Positions 36,392 through 43,001 of a DNA stretch of 43,001 nt are shown piece after piece (position 1 is the first letter of the stretch; each line of letters begins with the position of its first letter). The notes under the pieces are model-generated. The model saw nothing but the letters and a program-made list of their open reading frames with translations. It ran no database searches and was not told the origin of the DNA. The DNA comes from Oscillospiraceae bacterium. Lineage in GTDB: Bacteria > Bacillota > Clostridia > Oscillospirales > Oscillospiraceae. Made by a program: the position numbers and the translations under genes. The stretch lies in contig JAZQMD010000149.1 of the NCBI GenBank assembly GCA_045543215.1, forward strand, positions 1 to 43,001, read 5' to 3'.

Positions 36392-38059
36392 ATGAAGACT
36401 GATATCCAGATTGCCCAGGAGGCCCGTCTGCTGCCAATTAACCAGATCGCTGCTTCCATAGGAGTGCAAGAGGAGTTTTTAGAGCCTTACGGACGCTATA
36501 AAGCTAAAATTGATACCGCTGTGCTTGAAAATCTGCCCCGGAAGGGTAAGCTTATCCTGGTTACTGCCATCAATCCAACTCCCGCCGGAGAGGGCAAGAC
36601 TACCACCTCTGTGGGCTTGGCCGATGCGCTGCATAAGCTGGATCAAAAGGTGATCCTGGCCCTGCGGGAGCCATCCTTGGGCCCGGTATTCGGGGTGAAG
36701 GGAGGCGCAGCCGGCGGAGGCTATGCCCAGGTGGTGCCCATGGAGGACATTAATCTTCATTTCACCGGAGATTTCCACGCCATCGGTGCGGCCAACAATC
36801 TGCTGGCAGCCCTGTTGGACAACCATATTCAGCAGGGGAATGCCCTGGGCATCGATGTGAAGAAAATCACATGGCGGCGCTGTGTTGATATGAATGACCG
36901 TCAGCTGCGTAATATTGTCGATGGTCTGGGTGGGCGCATGCAGGGGGTACCCAGGGAGGACGGCTTCGATATCACCGTGGCATCTGAGGTCATGGCGGTA
37001 CTCTGCCTGGCCTCAGGACTGAAGGATCTGAAGCAGCGGCTTGGTCGTATGGTGGTTGCGTACACTTACGATGACAGGCCGGTGACCGCTGCCGATTTAA
37101 AGGCCCAGGGCGCTATGGCGGCCCTGCTCAAAGACGCGATCAAGCCAAATCTGGTACAGACCCTGGAGCATACCCCAGCCTTGATCCACGGTGGACCTTT
37201 TGCCAACATTGCTCATGGGTGCAATTCGGTCGCCGCCACTGACGCTGCGCTTCGTCTGGCCGACTATGTGGTAACTGAGGCGGGATTTGGCGCTGACCTG
37301 GGAGCAGAAAAGTTTTTGGACATCAAATGTCGCTGGGCTGGATTGAGGCCGGATGGGGTGGTCATCGTTGCCACAGTACGGGCCCTAAAGCACCATGGCG
37401 GTTGTCCAAAGGATGGTTTGAGCAAGGAAAATCTGTCTGCTCTGGAGGCTGGACTGCCTAACTTACTTAAGCATGTAGAGAATGTTACTCGGGTATTTGG
37501 CTTGCCAGCCGTGGTGGCCATCAATCAGTTTGTCAGTGACACCGAGGCGGAGTTATCCCTTATCCGGGAAGCCTGCGGTAAATATGGAGTGAATGTGGCT
37601 CTCTCCCAGGTGTGGGAAAAAGGGGGACAGGGCGGTGTAGAGCTGGCCCGGGAGATTATCCGGGTGATGGAGGGGCAGGAAAACCGCTTTGACTTTGTTT
37701 ATCCCGATGGGATGGGTTTGCGGGAGAAAATAGAGGCGGTTGCCTCAAAAATATATGGAGCAGAGGGGGTGGACTTTTCCCCTGCTGCGTCCAAAGAGTT
37801 GGCCCGGTTGGAGGAACTCGGCTTCGGAGCTTTCCCGGTGTGCATGGCCAAAACCCAGTATTCTCTGTCCGATGACCAGGGTAAGCTGGGGGCTCCTAAG
37901 GGGTTCCGCATCACAGTACGTAAGGCCAAGGTAGCTGCAGGAGCCGGTTTTGTAGTGGCCCTTACGGGAGATATCATGACCATGCCGGGCCTACCCAAGG
38001 TTCCAGCAGCTGAGGAAATTGATGTAGACGAAAGCGGGAAGATTATCGGTCTGTTTTAA
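36392..38059 (+). CDS. fhs: Formate--tetrahydrofolate ligase
   Basis: [11 protein letters not shown] start with [21 protein letters not shown]-loop. Full-length FTHFS collinearity. The track ORF starts 66 nt upstream. Confidence 0.96.
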   Translation: MKTDIQIAQEARLLPINQIAASIGVQEEFLEPYGRYKAKIDTAVLENLPRKGKLILVTAINPTPAGEGKTTTSVGLADALHKLDQKVILALREPSLGPVFGVKGGAAGGGYAQVVPMEDINLHFTGDFHAIGAANNLLAALLDNHIQQGNALGIDVKKITWRRCVDMNDRQLRNIVDGLGGRMQGVPREDGFDITVASEVMAVLCLASGLKDLKQRLGRMVVAYTYDDRPVTAADLKAQGAMAALLKDAIKPNLVQTLEHTPALIHGGPFANIAHGCNSVAATDAALRLADYVVTEAGFGADLGAEKFLDIKCRWAGLRPDGVVIVATVRALKHHGGCPKDGLSKENLSALEAGLPNLLKHVENVTRVFGLPAVVAINQFVSDTEAELSLIREACGKYGVNVALSQVWEKGGQGGVELAREIIRVMEGQENRFDFVYPDGMGLREKIEAVASKIYGAEGVDFSPAASKELARLEELGFGAFPVCMAKTQYSLSDDQGKLGAPKGFRITVRKAKVAAGAGFVVALTGDIMTMPGLPKVPAAEEIDVDESGKIIGLF

Positions 38060-38070
38060 ACGAGGTTTTT

Positions 38071-40488
38071 ATGCAAATAAGGACAAAGCAGCTTACACTG
38101 GAAGAGGTCACCCCGGGAAGAAGTGTAGTCATCTGTGCCGTTGGTAACCATCGCGGGGCATTGAAGAGGCGGCTGGTGGACATGGGACTGACACCAGGAA
38201 CTGTGGTGACCGTTCGTAAGGCAGCTCCCTTTGGAGATCCTATTGAGGTAAATCTAAGGGGGTATGAACTCTCTTTACGTAAGGAGGATGCCGCCTATAT
38301 CACAGTTTGTGCGCCTGAAGAGGCCCCTGCTCATGAGCAGCGAGAGCGCAGGGGAATGCTCCAGCGGATACCTGAAGAGGAAACCTTAAAGCGTATGGCT
38401 GCAGCTTACGAGCCCGGCGGTTTCTCCGGTTGCGGGAGCGGCTGTGTGGGGACGATGAAGCTGGCCCTGGTGGGCAACCCAAATTGCGGAAAGACGACTT
38501 TGTTTAACGCCCTGACCGGTTCCAACCAGTATGTGGGAAACTGGCCTGGTGTAACGGTGGAGAAGAAGGAGGGAATGGCCCAATTGGACGGCGAAAGGGC
38601 CACCATTGTGGATTTGCCGGGCATCTACTCACTCTCCCCTTATTCCATAGAAGAGGTGGTGGCGCGCAACTTTGTGGTGGGGGAGCAGCCGCACGCTATT
38701 ATCAATATTGTAGATGCGTCTAATATTGAGCGCAACCTTTATTTGACCGTCCAGTTGCTGGAATTGGAACGGCCTATGGTCATTGCCCTCAATTTCATGG
38801 ACGAGGTGACTAAGCGGGGGGATCACCTGGATGTGGAGAGGCTGTCACGGGCCTTGAATGTGCCTGTGGTTCCCATTACCGCCCGTACTGGGGAAAATAT
38901 TGATATATTGCTTAAAACAGCTTATAGACAGGGGGGTATGGGGTATACCATCCAACCCGAAAACCTGTACGATGATTTTACCCATCAGATCTGTTATGAG
39001 GTAGAGGAGGTCATCCGTGACAGGGCACGTGCCGCCGTAATCCCCTCCCACTGGGCTTCCATCAAGCTCATTGAGGGGGATAATTTGCTGGAGGAAGCTT
39101 TAGAGCTGGAGGCAGAGGATAAGAGAAAGGTGGCCTCTATCATCAAGCGTTATGAGGAGGCTTATCCCCTTGGAGATCGGGAGACGTTAATGGCCGATGC
39201 CCGTTACCGTTTTATTCAAAAGGTGGTCAAGCTGGGTATACAAAGGGGAAGTCCCATGGAGAGGTCTTCTCTGTCTGATAAGATTGATTCTATTGTCACG
39301 GACAAGTATTTAGCAGTACCAATATTTCTGCTTGTAATGCTCTTTATGTTTATCCTTACCTTTGGCCCTGTAGGTTCCTTTCTGTCTGACGGAGTGGACT
39401 TTCTGATCAACCATTACTTTGCCCAGAAGGTAGGCCTTGCCCTGTCTACCGCCGGGGTGGCTCTTTGGGTGGAGCATCTGGTGGTAGATGGGATCATTGC
39501 TGGGGTAGGGGGAGTAATCAGCTTCTTACCCCAGATCGCACTGTTGTTCTTTTTTCTTTCTTTATTGGAGGATTCAGGGTACATGGCCCGGGCAGCTTTC
39601 ATTATGGATCGGCTGCTGCGGAAATTTGGGTTATCAGGCAAGGCTTTTATCCCCATGCTGATGGGATTTGGTTGTACTGTGCCCGCTATTATGGGTGCCA
39701 GGACGATGGAAAATGAGAAGGATAGGCGCATGACCATCATGCTGGTTCCCTTTATGTCATGTTCCGCCCGGCTACCGGTGTACGGTCTGATTTCCGCTGC
39801 CTTTTTCCCACAGTATGGGGGACTGGTAGTCTTTTCATTATATGTATTGGGTATGGTATGTGCGGTTTTGTCCGGGTTGATATGGAAAAGGACTTTATTT
39901 CAGGGGGAACCTGCTGCCTTCGTTTTGGAACTGCCTCCCTACCGCTTGCCAACTGCTCATAATTGCCTAATGCATGTGTGGGAGCGGGTACGGGGATTTT
40001 TGGTGAAAGCGGGGACACTCATTCTGGTCATGAGTGTGGGGCTATGGTTTCTCCAGTCTTTTGGTCTATCAGGGGGCATTTGCATGGTTGATTCTCCTGA
40101 GGACTCTATTTTAGGGATGGTAGGATCCTTCTTGGCACCGATGTTCGGCCCTCTTGGGTTTGGTACCTGGCGGGCCGCTGTGGCCATCCTCACTGGTTTT
40201 ATTGCTAAGGAGTCGGTAGTCTCTTCTCTGGCTTTGCTCTATGGTTTCTCTACTCTGGATGCCGGTGGAACAGTGGCTGCAGCGCTGTCAGGTGCCTTTG
40301 CCACTCCTGTGGCAGCCTATGCTTTTTTGGTGTTTGTTTTGCTCTATGTTCCCTGTATCGCTGCCGTTTCTACTTTATATCGAGAGATGAACAGCATGAA
40401 ATGGACGCTGTACTCTGTGCTTTGGCAGCTACTAGTAGCCTGGTTGGTGTCTTTCTCAGTGTATCAGATTGGGAGCCTGCTGTTTTAG
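38071..40488 (+). CDS. feoB: Ferrous iron transporter, fused FeoA-FeoB
   Basis: The N-terminal ~80 aa form a FeoA-like SH3 domain (LTPGTVVTVRKAAPFGDPIEVNLRGYELSLRKEDAAYI). A ~45-aa linker follows, then the FeoB G-domain (LALVGNPNCGKTTLFNALTG, DLPGIYSL) and a polytopic membrane domain. It starts 11 nt after the fhs stop. Confidence 0.92.
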   Translation: MQIRTKQLTLEEVTPGRSVVICAVGNHRGALKRRLVDMGLTPGTVVTVRKAAPFGDPIEVNLRGYELSLRKEDAAYITVCAPEEAPAHEQRERRGMLQRIPEEETLKRMAAAYEPGGFSGCGSGCVGTMKLALVGNPNCGKTTLFNALTGSNQYVGNWPGVTVEKKEGMAQLDGERATIVDLPGIYSLSPYSIEEVVARNFVVGEQPHAIINIVDASNIERNLYLTVQLLELERPMVIALNFMDEVTKRGDHLDVERLSRALNVPVVPITARTGENIDILLKTAYRQGGMGYTIQPENLYDDFTHQICYEVEEVIRDRARAAVIPSHWASIKLIEGDNLLEEALELEAEDKRKVASIIKRYEEAYPLGDRETLMADARYRFIQKVVKLGIQRGSPMERSSLSDKIDSIVTDKYLAVPIFLLVMLFMFILTFGPVGSFLSDGVDFLINHYFAQKVGLALSTAGVALWVEHLVVDGIIAGVGGVISFLPQIALLFFFLSLLEDSGYMARAAFIMDRLLRKFGLSGKAFIPMLMGFGCTVPAIMGARTMENEKDRRMTIMLVPFMSCSARLPVYGLISAAFFPQYGGLVVFSLYVLGMVCAVLSGLIWKRTLFQGEPAAFVLELPPYRLPTAHNCLMHVWERVRGFLVKAGTLILVMSVGLWFLQSFGLSGGICMVDSPEDSILGMVGSFLAPMFGPLGFGTWRAAVAILTGFIAKESVVSSLALLYGFSTLDAGGTVAAALSGAFATPVAAYAFLVFVLLYVPCIAAVSTLYREMNSMKWTLYSVLWQLLVAWLVSFSVYQIGSLLF

Positions 40489-40585
40489 TTGGCTTTCAAG
40501 GATAACCTGATGTTGTTTGCTTTATTTTTATGTTGTGGTTATGTCGTAATAATATGGAGCAAAATAGACAAAGGAGGTAAAGTGG

Positions 40586-41314
40586 ATGGAAGAAGAGCTG
40601 CACCAATTGCAGGCGTGGATTGATGACACTGATAATATTGTCTTTTTTGGAGGGGCAGGGGTGTCTACTGAGAGCGGTATCCCTGATTTCCGCAGTGTAG
40701 ATGGTTTATATCACCAGAAATACGACTATCCCCCGGAGACTATTTTGAGCCATACCTTTTTTGTCACCAATCCAGAGGCATTTTACACGTTTTACCGGGA
40801 TAAGCTGGTGTGTCCTGCTGTTATGCCCAACGCTGCGCATTTGAAGCTGGCTGAATTGGAAGGAGCAGGTAAGCTGAAGGCTGTGGTCACCCAAAATATC
40901 GACGGCCTTCATCAGGCAGCGGGTAGTATAAATGTGCTGGAGCTTCATGGCTCTATCCACCGCTGCTATTGTTCCAAGTGCCGCAAGGCATATCCAGAGT
41001 CTGCGATCAACGAGGGAGTGGGTGTGCCTTGTTGTGAGTGCGGAGGAGTAATCCGTCCTGATGTGGTACTTTATGAGGAAGGATTGGATCAGGAGATCAT
41101 GGAGAGGGCAATTTTCTACATTTCTCAGGCAGAGACACTCATCGTTGGGGGGACCTCCCTTGTGGTTTACCCGGCGGCGGGGCTAATTAACTACTACCAA
41201 GGCAGTAAGCTGGTACTTATTAACAAGGATCCAACTGCCTACGACCAAAAGGCTGATCTGGTCATTAACGGTTCTATCGGTCAAATACTAAAGGGAATTC
41301 AGGTCAAAAGTTAA
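40586..41314 (+). CDS. cobB: NAD-dependent protein deacylase (Sir2/CobB family)
   Basis: GAGVSTESGIPDFRS, TQNIDGLH, the catalytic H in ELHGS, and a zinc-binding CSKC...CECGG. AAAGGAGG SD upstream. Confidence 0.93.
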   Translation: MEEELHQLQAWIDDTDNIVFFGGAGVSTESGIPDFRSVDGLYHQKYDYPPETILSHTFFVTNPEAFYTFYRDKLVCPAVMPNAAHLKLAELEGAGKLKAVVTQNIDGLHQAAGSINVLELHGSIHRCYCSKCRKAYPESAINEGVGVPCCECGGVIRPDVVLYEEGLDQEIMERAIFYISQAETLIVGGTSLVVYPAAGLINYYQGSKLVLINKDPTAYDQKADLVINGSIGQILKGIQVKS

Positions 41315-41382
41315 CCACAGAGATGGCAGATTGAAATAAGGGTATCTATTTAGCCATAGGGTGTTAATATCATTAACATAAA

Positions 41383-41422
41383 ACAGTAAGGGATACGGTG
41401 ATCAGACCGTATCCCTTACTGT
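41383..41422. terminator. Perfect 17-bp hairpin downstream of cobB
   Basis: ACAGTAAGGGATACGGT-gatcag-ACCGTATCCCTTACTGT. It is preceded by a smaller hairpin TGTTAATatcATTAACA (41362-41378). There is no clean T-tract on the + strand, but the minus strand has TTTTATGTT after the stem. Confidence 0.55.
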
Positions 41423-41837
41423 GTAATTAACCGTACTTGAGGGAAGGAGAAAAGTATCTTCAGGCTGGAAGATGGAAAGAGCGGTATTTGCTATGAGAAT
41501 TCCCTTTTTATCGGTAATTTCAACTGCTGTGGAACACAGGAAGTAGCCTTGGTATCGTGGGGAAGCTGAGTCCGGGACAATGACGGGGAGTTTGTCCGAT
41601 GATGGTCTATGGAGCCTTCGATGGCGTAGCGATAGCCGTTGGTACAGGGTAGCGGCAGTAGCCGCATATTGTGGAGCAGTAGCCATAAAAAGGGTGGACA
41701 GAGTTAAAATCTTAAAAAAATAAAACCAGTGTGGCCTGGATCTAATCTAAGTTTACATAAGTTTAAATATGATTCTGAAATGGTTGTTCTGTTTGGCGTA
41801 GACTCTCTAGACTTTGAAAATTCATGGAGCAATCTTC

Positions 41838-42407
41838 CTAAGTCAGAATGATTCGACCGTTTTCTACGCCATGGAAGGTGACCAGGGACTTCACGTCCAT
41901 ATTCATACGGCGCAGGACAGCGCCGCCATCCCGGTTAGTTTTCTCAATGGCTACGCCAACGCCAACAGGCTCTGCTCCGGCAATGGCGATAAGTTCCAGA
42001 AGACCCAGGATGGCCTGACCATTGGAGAGAATATCGTCCACTATCAATACTCGATCCTCTTTTTGAAGATAGCGTTTAGAAATGCGCAGGGTGTAGGATT
42101 TATCAAACTCAAAGGAATGGATTTCAGTAGACCATACTTCCGGGTCGATAAAGCCAGTTTGAAACTTTTTGGCATAAACTGCAGGAATTTTAAGGGCTTT
42201 GGCAACAAAGACGGCAACAGCAATACCGGAACTTTCGGAAGTGATTACTTTATCTGGCCTGGTAGACTTGAAGCGTTTTGCCAGTTCTGCTCCGATGTTT
42301 TCAAGCAGGTCTACATCTAACTGGTGATTGAGAAACATATCTACTCGAAGAATGCCATTTTCGTCCACTGTGGCTTCACTTAAAATTCGTTTCATTAATT
42401 GTTCCAT
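41838..42407 (-). CDS. xpt: Xanthine phosphoribosyltransferase
   Basis: 189 aa. Xpt-like N-terminus (ILRVDMFLNHQLDV) and PRPP-binding motif VLIVDDILSNGQA. AAAGGAG SD upstream. Confidence 0.92.
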   Translation of the reverse strand: MEQLMKRILSEATVDENGILRVDMFLNHQLDVDLLENIGAELAKRFKSTRPDKVITSESSGIAVAVFVAKALKIPAVYAKKFQTGFIDPEVWSTEIHSFEFDKSYTLRISKRYLQKEDRVLIVDDILSNGQAILGLLELIAIAGAEPVGVGVAIEKTNRDGGAVLRRMNMDVKSLVTFHGVENGRIILT

Positions 42408-42955
42408 GAAGGCTCCTTTTATTAAAATATGTGTATTGTTTTTTTAAAATCTTAGAATGGATTTAGGGTTTTATACTAAATATTTTATAAAGCTGAACAC
42501 TAAAAGGAGTTTAAATAGGAGCTTGGATTCTATGGAGGCTAAAACCTGCCGCATGGGGAAATTTACAGCTAGTAGAGGTTTTGATAGTTAAGTGCGACGG
42601 CGCACTAAAGTTTTGCAAGCCAATCCTTGGAGGCAATTTAAGAATATATGGTATCACAGAATCTTATTTTTTTAAAGCTATTATAGCGGAAATATGTAAT
42701 GGTTTCAATATTGACAATTGGGATGGAATAGGGTATCTTAGTGTAGCGAATTATCGTTGTAGCAAATAGAGTATGGTGATATTTAAATTGGTCAAAGGCA
42801 GAGTGATGTAGATTTACACGTCTTTTCAAATTATATTTCTTAGTTCATATGATAATCAAGGGAAATACGGAGATATATTTGAAGTGGTTATAGTGAGCGT
42901 AACTTGGAAATTATTGCTGTTCTATCATCTGGAATAGAAGAAATTAAGGCCATAA

Positions 42956-43001
42956 GGAGAGATGTCCGAGTGGTTTAAGGTGCAGCTCTCGAAAAGCTGT
43001 G
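42956..43001 (+). tRNA. tRNA-Ser (anticodon CGA), 5' portion only, truncated by the window end
   Basis: GGAGAGA acceptor 5' arm, a class-II-type D-arm (TCCGAGTGGTTTAAGG), anticodon stem CAGCT/AGCTG, and loop CTCGAAA, giving anticodon CGA. Confidence 0.8.

Noticed and set aside
41402-41686. 94-aa ORF between cobB and xpt
   Set aside because: It has no SD, a low-complexity N-terminus and a stop inside a 17-bp hairpin, and I recognise no motif. The locus is kept only as an open question in the findings.
42532-42606. 19-codon ORF (MEAKTCRMGKFTASRGFDS) with AGGAG upstream, followed by hairpin AGTGCG-acgg-CGCACT
   Set aside because: This could be a leader peptide or a micro-protein. The SD spacing is long (10 nt), and nothing else supports it.
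42408-42640. Expected guanine/purine riboswitch upstream of xpt
   Set aside because: I looked on the xpt strand for the conserved junction and loop sequences (AUAUGG, GUUUCUACC, CCGACUAU) and did not find them. The single ATATGG (42645-42650) is on the wrong strand and lacks the partner motifs.
1-43001. CRISPR arrays, transposases/integrases, prophage or toxin-antitoxin/defence genes
   Set aside because: I scanned both strands and the ORF track. I found no regularly spaced direct repeats and no DDE, tyrosine or serine recombinase, nuclease/helicase or phage structural motifs.

Overview
This looks like a chromosomal segment from a Firmicutes/Clostridia-type anaerobe. The taxon call is inference, based on SLH-domain wall proteins, a T-box leader, rubrerythrin, clostridial ferredoxin, Fhs, IreB and Gram-positive SD sites. 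Most of the window is core metabolism:
- a complete seven-gene arginine biosynthesis operon, argG-argH-argC-argJ-argB-argD-argF (6520-14459, + strand)
- pheS-pheT behind a Phe T-box leader
- asnA, NADP-isocitrate dehydrogenase, rubrerythrin, formate-THF ligase, a fused FeoA-FeoB iron transporter, a Sir2 deacylase and xpt
- a partial tRNA-Ser(CGA) at the right edge

I found no transposase, integrase, CRISPR array or rRNA.

The most unusual content is two diverged paralogous four-gene operons on the minus strand (19128-25120 and 30702-36119). Each encodes a long membrane-fusion protein, a MacB-type ABC ATPase, a MacB/FtsX permease and a tightly coupled secreted SLH-domain wall protein. The wall proteins carry a large uncharacterised beta-rich C-terminal region.

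Secondary points of interest:
- a left-edge module of an HxxxDG acyltransferase plus a zinc-ribbon polytopic membrane protein (missed by the ORF track), divergent from an esterase
- a ClpC-like ATPase with no N-domain
- an insertion of about 100 aa in PheT
- a structured leader upstream of asnA
- two apparently non-coding stretches near cobB/xpt and the tRNA

All functional calls come from reading motifs by eye. No searches were run.
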